Source: a virus
Lineage: Duplodnaviria > Caudoviricetes
Virus record (IMG/VR): IMGVR_UViG_3300007276_000059
Coordinates: 1-56,534 of that record
DNA: 56,534 nucleotides
Direction: 5' to 3' (one strand)
The position numbers and the translations under genes were made by a program. The notes below the pieces were generated by a model that saw only the letters and a program-made list of their open reading frames with translations, made no database searches and was not told the DNA's origin. The first letter of the stretch is position 1; every line of letters begins with the position of its first letter. Positions 17,837 through 30,500 of this stretch are shown piece after piece.

Positions 17837-20185
17837 ATGGCAGGAATAAACCCAGATATCAGTACATCATCCTTTAAACCTTTGTCTCTTGACGAGATAA
17901 TGATGGTGCCACTTGCATTACAAAAACAAGAGGATGAATTATTATCTAGTGCAGATAAAATTTCTTTATTAAAAGCAGATGTATTAGGTCCTGATTCTGA
18001 AAAAGCATCTAATATAATAGAAAGTTATAAAAGTAAAGCATCGAATATCTCCGATGAAGTAATAAAAGAAGGAGTTAATAGAAATCAATTTCATAAATTA
18101 AGAGGATTAAGATCTGAGATTCAAGAACAACAATCATCAGGATTTTTAGGTGCAGCAATTTCTAATAAAAAATCTGCTAGTCAATTTATTAATGATTTAG
18201 CTACAAAAAAAGAAAGACAGGCTGGATGGAGTCCGTCTGAAGCTAAACAATGGGCTATAAAGCAAGTTTCAGATTTCAAAGGAACTCAAAATGAAGATGG
18301 AACATTTAGTTCTTTTTCTGGTCAAGAGCTTGATACAAAAGTAGATGAAGCTGATTGGATAAGAAAAAATATTGATGATGTATCTGAACAAATAAGCTCA
18401 AGTGCATTAAGAGCTGTTAAAGTTGGTGGACTTCCTGCTTTTCAAAGAGCTTTTGCTAATCAAGAAGTTTCTTCTAAGGATTTTAATACAATAATGAATC
18501 ATCTTAATACTCAAGCCAGAACAGATAAAGATTTACAAAGATCATTGATGCAATCAGCAGCTTTCACTGAAGAGGAAAATTCATTAGACTTTGGGAAATT
18601 TGAAACTAAAACTTTTAAAAAGGATGACGGAACTGAAGCCTCTAAAAAAGTTTGGGTTGTTGGGAAAGGAAGGTTTGCTCGTAGAATGGCAGGAATGGCA
18701 GATGCTTCTGATTACAGAAACACAAAAGTAAATCACAAAATAATTAAAGATGATGTTGGATTTTCTTTATGGAAGTCAGGAATGGAAGAGAGACAAACGA
18801 TGAAATTAATTGGCTTTGGCAATGGCGAGGCAACTGATATAACTAGAGATGATTTGTCTCAATTAAGAACTAATCTTGATTTAGCTTTAGATCAATCTGA
18901 TTTAATGTTAGATAATGTTAATAAACAAAAGGATATATTATTATCAAATGATAAAGAATATCAGAAACTAAATGAAGATCTTAATAAAAGACTACATAGT
19001 GTCGAGTCAAAAGAAATTTTAACTAAAAAAATTAAAGATAGAGAAAATGCTGTATTAAGTAGTAATAATCATTACATGAAACTTCAGTCAGATTATTCAA
19101 AAGCTGCTACGAAATGGAACAATGCTAAGTACGCAGTAGAATCTGCATATACTTCTGCAGAAAAAACAATGACTCCTAGGGAAAAAACAGCTTCTGATAT
19201 GAATAAATTTGTATTAGACAATGTTCCGGGATATAATCAAGATAGAATCACATCACTAGAAAGAGAAATAAGATCTTTACCTGGTGGAGAAGATATAATC
19301 CCTGAAGGTGGTTTAAGTCAAATAGGAGTAGGGGAAGAAGAAATGGAGAACTTTCTTGTATCTAAATTTTTAGAACTTAATGGATATCAAATTAATAAAA
19401 ACTCAATAGCAAACAGAAGTATATATAACTGGATAGGTGACAAAAACCTAGCTTATGACAGCGATATAGTTTCTGATATGAAAATGGGAGGTAGAGTTTT
19501 GAATGAAAAACTAGAAATGGAGTTAGACGCTAACCCAAAAGCTCAATCATATACAATATTAACTGCTGATGATGTTGGAGGGATCAAATCTCCTGCAGTA
19601 GCACAGAATAATAAATTATTAAAAACATCTTTAAATCCTCAATCTATGCAAATGGCGTTTGGAGGAGGTATTATGACTGAAGATACGGTTGAAGAGATGG
19701 TTGGGGAATCCTCAAAAGGATATGATTATACTCCTCAGATGACTGAATCTTGGGATAATAATGGAAATAAAATTGTAAATATTGTGATAAAAAACCTTGA
19801 AACTGAAGCTATATCAACTCAACCTATTATTAACAACTTAAATAGAGAAAATGATATAGTTGCAGCAGAACAAATGGTAAGAAGTGAAAATCCAAAACAA
19901 GCAAGAATAGGAAGGAAGATAATTTATGGATACAGGTACATGCCTGACATAAAATCAAGTAATATGAATAGCCAAAATAAAGGAGAAATAGGAGGCTTGC
20001 CTCTTTCTGATGAATCTGGAAAGGAGATGAAAGTGAATTGGAGTAAATCTGAAGATGGATCTTATTTTACTGCCTCTATAAATGGATTTCCTTTAAAAGA
20101 TGGTCAAGCAATATACGGAGAAGAAGATATGTTACATGTAATAGCTGGATACATAGAAGGGAAAATCTTGCAATCACAAAATTAA
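17837..20185 (+). CDS. Putative ejected cargo protein
   Basis: 782 aa; N-terminal 'S.FKPLS..E.M..P' typical of crAss cargo; synteny. Confidence 0.55.
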   Translation: MAGINPDISTSSFKPLSLDEIMMVPLALQKQEDELLSSADKISLLKADVLGPDSEKASNIIESYKSKASNISDEVIKEGVNRNQFHKLRGLRSEIQEQQSSGFLGAAISNKKSASQFINDLATKKERQAGWSPSEAKQWAIKQVSDFKGTQNEDGTFSSFSGQELDTKVDEADWIRKNIDDVSEQISSSALRAVKVGGLPAFQRAFANQEVSSKDFNTIMNHLNTQARTDKDLQRSLMQSAAFTEEENSLDFGKFETKTFKKDDGTEASKKVWVVGKGRFARRMAGMADASDYRNTKVNHKIIKDDVGFSLWKSGMEERQTMKLIGFGNGEATDITRDDLSQLRTNLDLALDQSDLMLDNVNKQKDILLSNDKEYQKLNEDLNKRLHSVESKEILTKKIKDRENAVLSSNNHYMKLQSDYSKAATKWNNAKYAVESAYTSAEKTMTPREKTASDMNKFVLDNVPGYNQDRITSLEREIRSLPGGEDIIPEGGLSQIGVGEEEMENFLVSKFLELNGYQINKNSIANRSIYNWIGDKNLAYDSDIVSDMKMGGRVLNEKLEMELDANPKAQSYTILTADDVGGIKSPAVAQNNKLLKTSLNPQSMQMAFGGGIMTEDTVEEMVGESSKGYDYTPQMTESWDNNGNKIVNIVIKNLETEAISTQPIINNLNRENDIVAAEQMVRSENPKQARIGRKIIYGYRYMPDIKSSNMNSQNKGEIGGLPLSDESGKEMKVNWSKSEDGSYFTASINGFPLKDGQAIYGEEDMLHVIAGYIEGKILQSQN

Positions 20186-20191
20186 TAAGAT

Positions 20192-23100
20192 ATGGTTGAT
20201 GATAAAAATAATGCAGAAAATAATATTGTATTTAATCCTGATGCAAAAAGAACTAAAACTATTAATTTAAAAGAACCGATTAAGGAAAAAGATACTTATG
20301 ATACGGTTGATGATAAAGTAGTATATAGTAGCTCTATTCAAGGGCCGGATGTTATTAGGGATCAAGTACATAATATAGATATTGATGAGTATTCTGGTCA
20401 AATAGGCTTTGATAATGAAGATGTATTTATACCTGAATATGATGGAGTTAATGTTCTTAATCTAGGTAGAGCTGAAGCTCAATCTTGGACTGATCAACTT
20501 GGTAATGCTGTTACTCAGGCTGTCGTTGGTGAAATCGTTGGTGGTACTATCGAAGGTATTGGATACCTTTTAGACTGGCAAGGAATAGCTAACCTTATTA
20601 CAGGTGATGAGCAGGAATTCACTAACTGGTTCTCTAATATAGGTAAATCAATAAGAGAAGTCACACAAGATGCTACTCAAATACACGAAAAGACTCCAGG
20701 TGAGATGAATCTTTCAGATCCGGGATACTGGTTTAAGAACTCTGTATCCGTTGCATCTACTTTCTCAATGATGTTGCCTTCTATGGCAGCAACTAAAGGA
20801 TTAGGCATGATTGGTCGAGGCCTTAGTAAAGTTGCAGGAAAAGCTGGTAGAGGTGTTGGTAAAAAACTTGGTAGAGAGATCTCAGAAGAAGCATTTGATA
20901 TATCTAAGAAAATGGGTGTTCAGGCTGACTGGATGACTGAAGGTATTACTCAAGCTGTTGTTTCAAGACATATTGAAAATTCAATGGAAGCATCTGGAAC
21001 TTTCGAAGAAAAATACCAAGAAAGATTAACCCAAATAAATAAAGAAACTGGATTACCATACACAGACGAAGAGGCTAGATTAAGTGCTTCTGGTGCTGCT
21101 TCAGAAAACTATAAACATGGTTGGGCAATGTTAGCTCAAGACATGTTACAATACTTATCTATTGGTAAGGTATTCAATCCTGTTACAAGACAAATGGAAG
21201 TTGCGAGAAAACTAACCACTAAAGCTAATGTCCCTGCGTGGGCAAAGAAAGCTGCAGCAGTTGGAGGAACTTTTGTATCTGAGGCAGGTGAAGAGGGATA
21301 TCAACACTATATTGCATCACGAGCTGGATTACGTAGTGATTTACAATCAGGTTTAATTTCTAAAGAAGAATACGATAATCAGTTATCTCAAGTAATGAAT
21401 TCTGATGAGGCTATGACATCAATGTTATTTGGTGGTCTTGGTGGATCTGTATTCCAAGCAATTGGTCCAAAAGTAAATGACGCTTTCAAATCTAAGAATA
21501 AAAAAGAATTTGAGGCTAATGCTTCAGATAACTTTAATACTGCATTAGGAGATAGAAATAAAGTACTTGCAGCATTGCAAATACAAAAGAATAAAGCTGA
21601 CCAAGGTGGTAATAAGAGAGAAATAGAATTAGCTCAAGATGATATCATATTAGATATGGTGCTTGACGGTATTAACAGTGATAACCTAGAGATGGTTATG
21701 AAAGCTATTAAGGATGGCCCTGCTATGACTGAAGAGGAGCAAGCTAAATTTCAGGAAGATAATGGATACGAATGGGATTCTACATTAGCTAAGACAAATG
21801 CAAAAAGAGCACTTGAAGTTGCTGAGCAAGTTAAAGAAATTCATTTCAAGAACTTAGGTAAAGCTAAAAATAAGAATGTTGATGCAGGTATAGTTAAATC
21901 AATGTCTCGTATTGAGTATCAAAACAATGAATACGGAAAAAGATTTGATAAAACTAAGCAGGAGCAACAAAAAAGAATAGAAGATATTAAATATGATGGT
22001 ATTAGAAAGCCATCAGATAGATTCAAACAAAAGAAAGATGTTCAATCGAGAATTCTTGCTACAAAGGAAGCAATAAGAAGACAAACTGAAGCATTAGAAA
22101 ATGCAGTTGATGAGGATTCTAAGAAACTTAAAAGTGAAATCATAAAGAACCACAATTATGATTTATCTGAGATGGAGAAGGAGGCAAAGAAGCTATCCAC
22201 TCCAGATGAGACTCAAAGTAGTGACCAAAAAGAAGGTGATAGGCGAGCTGCAAAAGTATATGATCAAAATACTCAGTTTGAAATAGCTGATGCTTACTTA
22301 GAGCAGTTAAAACTTAATGATGCCATGACTGAAAACAATCTTCAATTAACAAAATTGAATGATAAGAACTTACAGAAAGCACTTATTAATAATCAAACAA
22401 CAGCGTTAGTTAATAACACTACTGATATAGACACTCTTAAGACTTTCAAAGAAAGAATTGAAAATGGTGATGTAGTGGGATACTCCAAAGCTAGTGAGAA
22501 GGAAGCTATAATCAAGACAGTAAATAAAAGAATAGTTGCTCTCGAAAAAGAAGAAAAAACCAAACTAGCAAAAGAAGCTGCTGATAAAGCTAAGGAAGAA
22601 TTAAAAAATAAAGCTAAATCTAAGAATAAGAATAACAAAACTCCTGCCAATAATGTAGTAGTTCCTGTTAAAGAAGCAATAGAAGATGAGCATAGAGAAG
22701 AAGAGGTTTGGTTCGAGGAAAAATTTGCAGAGAAGCAAGAAGAAGCATTAGAAGTTAAAGTAAATAATGGAAAGAATATCGCGTTACTTGATGGTAACAC
22801 TGTAACAAGTAAGGCTTATAAAGAATGGGTTCATGATGGAACTTCTAAGATTGGTACTAAACTAAGATATGAACAGGCTAAAAGAGGATTTCATTTAGCT
22901 CCTAATAATAAAGATAGTAGAGGTGCCAAAGCTGTTAGGGCTTTCAATAAAGCTAAGAAGGACGGAACTGAGATTCCTCAAAGTGTATATGATCATTTAC
23001 CATTACAAGTATTTATTGGAGATGGTGACAAAATCAATACATTCTTGCCAGAGAAACCTCAATCAAGTGATACTGCTGTAAAGAAAAAAAGATACAAAGA

Positions 23101-24580
23101 TAACTATATTACCGAAAGAAAGAACATCATTGATGGACTTGCTAGAAATGAGCAGGTGACTTCAGTTATACAACATTCTGCAGGAGGGCAATTACAAACT
23201 CAAGTAGATGAGAATGGTATTGTAGCTGAGAATAATATTAAGGATTTAGATCAGGTTAAGAAAAGTAAGAAACGTCCACGCGTAGTTTTTTCTAACTTAG
23301 ATGGTGATTTAATGGAAATGGATAAGAAGACTCGTAATCCAGAGTTTGCTGATAAGTCCCTATCTGTTGGTGAAGATGAGAATGGTAAGCCTATGCCTTA
23401 TCGCGGTGGCTTATTCCTTATACTAAGGAAAGCTGATGGTACTCCATTCCCAGTTAGATTAAATTTCTTAAAGAATACTAATGAGCAAGCTGAGATATTG
23501 GCTCAAATGCTTATTGATATTGCTGTGCCAGACTCAGGTAAACAATCTGACGGTAAGTCATTACAAAAGAAATACAATTTAGCTACTCCATTATCACTAG
23601 TAGAACCTGAATTACAAGCTAAGATTCGTAAAGAATTAGGTCCAGAAGTTGAATTCCTTAAAGGGGATCCATCTCTGAAAGATATAATAAATATGTTTGT
23701 GTATGTGAGTGAGAAGACTGAAGGTCTTACCTCTCAGCTTTACATGAGTGGTGTTAATTTGTATTTTGGCGATAAAGGAAATAACATTAACCCAAAGAAT
23801 AAAGAAGCTAAAAAGGCTGAGCTGGTTGAATTCCTTAGAGATACTAAGAGAAGACAACTTAATATCAATATGTGGAATGACACTACGAACTTTCCGGGAT
23901 ATCGTGACTTCGTTATGGATAACAAAATCATCAATACCAATGTAGTAGTTGGTGAGGCTGAATTCCAGACTGGAGAACCTTTTACTGATAAAGATACTGG
24001 TGAAACAAAGACAAGACGAGTTCAAGTTTGGGCTAAGCCAGTTGACAGCAAAGTTCCAGCTAAACCAGTTAAGGTTAAGAAGACTGCACCAGTTAAGACT
24101 ATTGTAGAACCTGCTAACAATCTAGTTGGTGCTGAGAATATTATAAAAGAAGAAGGTTTATCATTAGTTCAGGTTAATGCTGAGGTTGCTAAGAAGTTTA
24201 AAGGTAAAGGGTACATATATGATGGAAAGTCATTTAGAACTATTACTGGAAAAGCTATTCCTGCTGCAGATATGAAAGTTCTTACTGGACTTTTAAAAGA
24301 TATGCTAAAGGTAGAAGAAGCTAGAGTACCTGAAGCCTCTGAGGTTTTGGATAACATATTAGCTACTGATCAATTTGCATCCTCAAAAGATGATGACACT
24401 AAAATTAGTGAAGATCCTAAAAAAGCTGTACCTTCGGTACCTAATAGAACTGTAAGAACTCGTAAGAGATCTGTTGGATCTGGTTCGACCGTTAAGGTTA
24501 AACCAAGTAAAACTAATATTCAAAAGGATGATTCTGTCAAAAAAGAAGATGATAAGAAACAGCCTAAATGTAAGAAATAA
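20192..24580 (+). CDS. Large virion/ejection protein with hydrophobic N-terminal region and coiled coils
   Basis: 1462 aa; Gly/Ala-rich hydrophobic helices, 'SEAGEEGYQ'; directly upstream of the RNAP. Confidence 0.6.
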   Translation: MVDDKNNAENNIVFNPDAKRTKTINLKEPIKEKDTYDTVDDKVVYSSSIQGPDVIRDQVHNIDIDEYSGQIGFDNEDVFIPEYDGVNVLNLGRAEAQSWTDQLGNAVTQAVVGEIVGGTIEGIGYLLDWQGIANLITGDEQEFTNWFSNIGKSIREVTQDATQIHEKTPGEMNLSDPGYWFKNSVSVASTFSMMLPSMAATKGLGMIGRGLSKVAGKAGRGVGKKLGREISEEAFDISKKMGVQADWMTEGITQAVVSRHIENSMEASGTFEEKYQERLTQINKETGLPYTDEEARLSASGAASENYKHGWAMLAQDMLQYLSIGKVFNPVTRQMEVARKLTTKANVPAWAKKAAAVGGTFVSEAGEEGYQHYIASRAGLRSDLQSGLISKEEYDNQLSQVMNSDEAMTSMLFGGLGGSVFQAIGPKVNDAFKSKNKKEFEANASDNFNTALGDRNKVLAALQIQKNKADQGGNKREIELAQDDIILDMVLDGINSDNLEMVMKAIKDGPAMTEEEQAKFQEDNGYEWDSTLAKTNAKRALEVAEQVKEIHFKNLGKAKNKNVDAGIVKSMSRIEYQNNEYGKRFDKTKQEQQKRIEDIKYDGIRKPSDRFKQKKDVQSRILATKEAIRRQTEALENAVDEDSKKLKSEIIKNHNYDLSEMEKEAKKLSTPDETQSSDQKEGDRRAAKVYDQNTQFEIADAYLEQLKLNDAMTENNLQLTKLNDKNLQKALINNQTTALVNNTTDIDTLKTFKERIENGDVVGYSKASEKEAIIKTVNKRIVALEKEEKTKLAKEAADKAKEELKNKAKSKNKNNKTPANNVVVPVKEAIEDEHREEEVWFEEKFAEKQEEALEVKVNNGKNIALLDGNTVTSKAYKEWVHDGTSKIGTKLRYEQAKRGFHLAPNNKDSRGAKAVRAFNKAKKDGTEIPQSVYDHLPLQVFIGDGDKINTFLPEKPQSSDTAVKKKRYKDNYITERKNIIDGLARNEQVTSVIQHSAGGQLQTQVDENGIVAENNIKDLDQVKKSKKRPRVVFSNLDGDLMEMDKKTRNPEFADKSLSVGEDENGKPMPYRGGLFLILRKADGTPFPVRLNFLKNTNEQAEILAQMLIDIAVPDSGKQSDGKSLQKKYNLATPLSLVEPELQAKIRKELGPEVEFLKGDPSLKDIINMFVYVSEKTEGLTSQLYMSGVNLYFGDKGNNINPKNKEAKKAELVEFLRDTKRRQLNINMWNDTTNFPGYRDFVMDNKIINTNVVVGEAEFQTGEPFTDKDTGETKTRRVQVWAKPVDSKVPAKPVKVKKTAPVKTIVEPANNLVGAENIIKEEGLSLVQVNAEVAKKFKGKGYIYDGKSFRTITGKAIPAADMKVLTGLLKDMLKVEEARVPEASEVLDNILATDQFASSKDDDTKISEDPKKAVPSVPNRTVRTRKRSVGSGSTVKVKPSKTNIQKDDSVKKEDDKKQPKCKK

Positions 24581-24594
24581 TTAATACACATATA

Positions 24595-27500
24595 ATGAAA
24601 GAATGCACTGTACTGAATATTGCAAATGGGAAAAAATCCGAATTGTATTATCAGTTCAAAGAAATATTTCAAGATGAACAAGCTGCTGAAATTGCTTACG
24701 CAAAAGTCATTGGCTCTTCTTTTATGAAACGATTCGGAGACTGGGGATACAACTACAAAAACTCAGGAGCAAAGGATTTAAAAAAAATAGGATTGGTGGA
24801 AGCTAATGGCGAACCAATGCTTAAACAAGACTTAACCACTAACATGTGGTTCTTCACTGATAAGAATGGAGATAGAGATTATATCGATAAATATAAATTC
24901 TCCGAATTCACAGCACAGCAAGTAGAGGAAGTGACTGACTATCTTTTGTACAGATTTGTACTAGAGGGTGGCAAAAAGTCATACAATGAATATGATCCAT
25001 CTGAATTAGAAGAGGGACGTATTCTTGCGTCAATAGATAGAGCAATTGCAACTTACATTGAAGATATTCAAGGTAAAGAAAATAAAGACCAACTATCTGT
25101 TAATATTGAATTAGTACGTAAGAACAGAGTTGATTTTAAGAATGAACTCATTTCTTCTATTCAATCATTAGGACTTAAGGTTCGAGAAAGAATCACTGAT
25201 CCTGAAGGCAATCCTATTACAGAGATAGCTGAGAAGGATAAAGGTGGTGGAGTAAATATTAAGGAGAGCTTCGAAACTAACTCAAAAGATACAGCAACAG
25301 TTAATACTAAAATATTCCTTTCTCAAATTGAGGAGAGAGTATTTGCTGAAGACATTTATGGCAATGAAGTTTCTGTACCTGTTGAGTCTGGATTCTTAGA
25401 AACTCCTGCCTTTGCTAAATTTGATGATGTCTGGGAAACATTAAATAAAATACTCGTAGATGAGGTTGGATATGGTCACGGTGAAAACGTTGTGGACATA
25501 TTCGATGTAATGTATAATAAGATTAGTGACTTTCAAGATACTAAATTATGGATGCATGATCTACTTGACAAACTTAAATTCTACCAAGATACTGGTAACA
25601 CAAATAAAATAACTGAATTTGTTCAAGCATTCAGTAAAACTAACTTAAACTACTTCGTAACTCAAGTAGATGGTGGTGAGTACACTGTAATCAATGCTAC
25701 TTCTACAAATTCAAGACAAAGCCAACTTACTAACAGATGGAATAACTCATTCGTAGCTAGATTTCTTGGCGAGGATGGTAAGTTAGCTGATAGAGAACGC
25801 GGTGTTTTGGCCCAAGTATTAAAAGATACAAGAACTTCATTCAAGGAATGGAATAAAAACTACGCTCAGGTAAGTAAAGAATATAGAGAAGCTCAAGGTA
25901 TTGCAGAAACACTTTACAAAGAAGATAGTGTTGGTCGTGAAGAAGCAATGGAAGAGGCTTTAGAGAATTACCAAGATGGATTATATGATAATGCAGGTGT
26001 TTCAGCAACAGGTCTGGTTAGTATCCTTGAGAGATTAGGAGCGACAGATATTACTACTGATGATGTCAATACAATGATAATCATGAATGGTGGTGATAAA
26101 AAAGTTGCCCAAACAATTGATAGCCTTTACAAGTCATTAGGATTTATGCTTAATGATATTTTAAAAGAAGGTCATGAATTCACAAATGATGCAGGTGCAT
26201 TTGAAAATGTATTTAACAGAGAAATATTTACTAAAGCATTTGCTGAAGCTGTTGGTTTCAGAATGACTGACATGAGTGATAGTTCTGTACTACTTAATCA
26301 AGGTAAATCTGGATACACGGTTTCCAATCCAACTTATATATCTAACAAAATAAATGAATGGAAGAAAGATCCAAATCAGTTAGAAAATATGATGCTGGAT
26401 ATTTCTAAAAAGAATTCTGAATGGCTAAGTTATTTATTAGCACTTGATAAAGATAAGGGAGATGAAAGGAATAATGAAAGAGCTAAAAGACTGGACTCAT
26501 TTAAGGCAGGATTAGACGCGTCATTCAAATCTAAAGGTAAGAATGATGGTGTAGAAAACACCTCAATCACAACTAATGACCAGATTAATGCAAATTTGGT
26601 ACAGATGCTTAACACTAATCTTGGTGGGAAATCTATGTTCCCAACAATCATTGCTGCAGATAAGTCCAGGAGAATTTTATTCGAAGGATTACCAACGTTC
26701 AAATCTAACATCCAATCTAGGGATGATGGATCAATATATATTTCTCCCAAAGCCGTCGATACTGCTTTCGGATACTTCCTCGATGAATATAACAGAATGA
26801 AACGTGTTAATCGTGAGAATAAAGATGACGATATCAAAAAAGTAGTTCATTATCATGGCGATAAAGGAAACGGATTGAAGTCACAAATATTTCCTCAATT
26901 CAATAAAAATAGTTTAGATCCAGAATTTGCAGAATTAAGAGCTGCAATATATGGTGAGACTTTTAAAGATGACAAACATGAAGGTATGTCAAGCGGGCAA
27001 GAAGAAGTTGTTCGTAAATTTATTGAGCAAGATCTAATGGCTAGAGTTGGTGAGCATGCTGAAAAACTAAAGAACCTTGATGGTCTTAGTGAGAACATGG
27101 TGAGTCACTATAAAAGAATTACTAAAGGTGATCCAATAGTAGCTCTCGCAGGAGATTACTTTATGAATGGATTAATATCCTCAGTAGAATATACTAAACT
27201 ATTCTCTGGAGATCCTGCTTATTATAAAAACAATGCAGATTTAATCAAGCGTATTCCTGCTACATATACTGATGGATTACAATTAAGATTAGAGTCTGGT
27301 GATGCACTTAGATTTAACCAAGCTACCATAGAAGGTGTTGAGGTTTCGTCTAAATATGTAGATAAAATTCTTAAATCTGTTAAAGATAAATCTATCGCTG
27401 ATGCCTATACTAGAGATCCTAGCAGAAATCTATCTGGGGTAAATACCACTGATGCTCAAGCATGGATCACTCCTCGTCGATGGAGATTTCTTAAACAAAA

Positions 27501-30500
27501 GTTAGGTCAATGGGGCCCACAACACGATAAGGTTTATTCTAAAATGAGAACTGGCGAGTCTATGTCTCCTTCAGAAATGAAGTTAGCAGCTCAACCATTA
27601 AAAGGAGTTTACTTCGAGATAAATGAAGGCAGACCAGTGTATTTAAAATACTCTCAAGCTGTATTGATTCCTTCTCTGGTAAAAGGGACTCCAATGGAGT
27701 CTATCTATAATAAGATGACACAAAATCCTGAAACTGGCAAACCTTATGGTGATAAAGAAGGACATTTAGAAGTTCATGAAGTGGTAACTATTGATGGTAT
27801 CAAAGTAGGAGCTGTTGAACCAACACGTATTAATGTGGACGGAACTACTGAATTATTACCTGAAGCTGATATTGTATTGAATCCTCAGATTCTCAACAAT
27901 CGTGGATGGAAATTACAACAGGATTTACCGATCAAATTAATGCACGATACTAATGTAGGTTCTCAAATTCAAAAGAACATTTTTGAAGGACTTAAATTAA
28001 CAGGAGATTATTCTGTTAATGGAGAGTCTAAGCCGGTAAAAGGAAAAGACTTAGCTCAAAGAATACATGACACTGTATCCAAGTTATCTAACTTAGGAAA
28101 AGAAGATATTAAAAGAGAGTTTGGTATTGATGAGAATAACATCATTACTGATAAAAAATATATATACAATGCTCTTCTTAGAGAGTTTGAAGATAGAGGT
28201 GGTAACGAAAATGTATTAGATGCATTACGTAAACAAATGCCATTAGATTCTATACCTCAAATCAAAGGTAAAGTTGAAAGCATTTTCATGTCTATAATGA
28301 ATAGAAAGATGACTAAAATTTCTACTGAAGGTGGAAGTTTTATTCAAGTATCTCCATTTGGACTTGAAACTGTTGGTGAAGACTCTGGTATTACAATAGT
28401 ATCTAAAAGCTATAATGGTAAAGCCTTACTTCCTCCTCGTATTGAGAAAGGAAAAGTATTACCTGGCCAAGCATTCATAACTCATACTCAAGCTATGAAA
28501 TTATTGTCTAAACAAAAGCCTAAAATTAAATTAGAAGGTAAAGATATTGCATCTGCAATTGCTCTACTAGATCCTAGTGCACTTGAGATGATTACATATC
28601 GTATTCCTAACCAAGGGATGTCTTCTAATGATTACTTAGAGATTGTTGGTGTATTACCTCCTGGAGTTGGAGATAGTATTATAGTGTATGATGGATTGCC
28701 TGCCAAGACTGGTAGTGATTTTGATATTGATAAGTTATTTGCTATGCAAAACACTTTAGTATATGATCCAGAAATAATGAAGGTGACTAAACTTACAAGA
28801 GAAAATGCTCATTTATTACCTAAAAAGGTAACTAAGCTTTCAGAGAATGCTTCACAAAAACAAATACTTGAAGCTAAATCTAAAGATGAAGCAAATCATG
28901 CGTCTAAAATAGAGAAGCTATTAACTCAGAATGATCTTGTAGCTCAATATAAGGCTGTATTAAATTCGCCACTTACTTATGACGCTATGATGCGTTCAAT
29001 TGATGGTGCTCAGTTAAAAGATGATATCGTTGGAACTAAAGGTAAAGATGGTAAGCTAAAAGGAGGGTTGTTCCCTGCACCTGTAATGAAGAATATGGAA
29101 TTATTCTCACCTCTTACTCAATTAGAAACTAAGAGTGATTATTTATCAGGTAAGATGGGTGTAGGTCAAACTGCAAATCATTTAGTGGATCATGTAATGA
29201 ATCAAATGTTAGATGTAAGATTAACTAAATGGATTGGTGTTGGTAACCAGAGAGAAGTAACGGGGAAGAAAGGAAAGAAGAAATTAATAACATTCTTTGA
29301 TTCCGAAACGACTGGAACTCATTCAATAGCTGATAACTTATCTGCATTCTTAAACGCCTATGTTGATATTGCTAAGGATCCATATATTGCCAGAGCTAAT
29401 CATAATTCAGTAACAGCTAATACAACGTTCATGTTGTTAAGAGCTGGTGCAGATATGAAATGGGTAAATAGATTCATAGGTCAGCCAATCTTAAAAGAAC
29501 TCGTTGATTTACAGAGAGAGCAAATGAGTATCACTGCAAATGACATCATGCTTAAAGGTGTCGATGGTGAATTAAGTAAAGGAAATGCATTAGATCAGAT
29601 TCGTATGAAATACGAGTTTGCTCCAATACCTTCTAATGTATCTGGTCATACTGTTGCAGGACTGTCTGAAGCAGCACTAGAGAAAAATATAAGATCTGGA
29701 ACTCAGGATGCTAATTTAGATTATGAGGTATTGAAAGCATGGTCATTCTTGCAAGAGCAAGGTAAGATATTTGGCGAGGCTGTAATAGCATCTAAATCTG
29801 ATACTGCAGGTGCAGGTGGATCTAATGTAGATAGATTAGTAAATGAAAACAAGATAAAGAAAGTATATAAAGATAAAAATATTGAAGGGTATGAGGCTAA
29901 GTTCAATGGAACTATGTTAGGTACATACGCTGAGAACACTCTACAATTTGTTAAAGATGTTATAAGGGCTTCTAATTTATTTTTATCTGGGACTCAGGGA
30001 GCTATTGATACTTATAATACTGTGTCATTTCAAACAGCAAATGGAGAATTACTTACAGATGCTAAATTAGGTAAAGCTATCGATGGAGCATTCTATTCTT
30101 ACATCATGTCTGGTACTACATTATTTAAAGATAATAACAGTAGGTACAAAACTCTTACTGAAAATGTTCCTGATAGTATTTTAGAAAGACAACAAGATAT
30201 TGTTGATGGTAAGGCTGAACAAAATTTCTTAATACAAGAATTTGAAGTGAGCACATGGAAGGATAAGAAGTATCTTGGTATTAATAACAAGAATAAGCCA
30301 ACGTATTATGAGAACCAAATTTACAGAGGTTGGATGGATTTATATGAGAGTTATAATTATAAAGCAGACGGATCATTAGATACTGATTCTATACATCCTG
30401 ATAAGAAATTAGCAATAGATCTAGTTAGATATGCATTCTTAAGCTCAGGGTTTCAGAATAACCTGTCTCAATTCTTTTCATATATACCTCATCAAATATT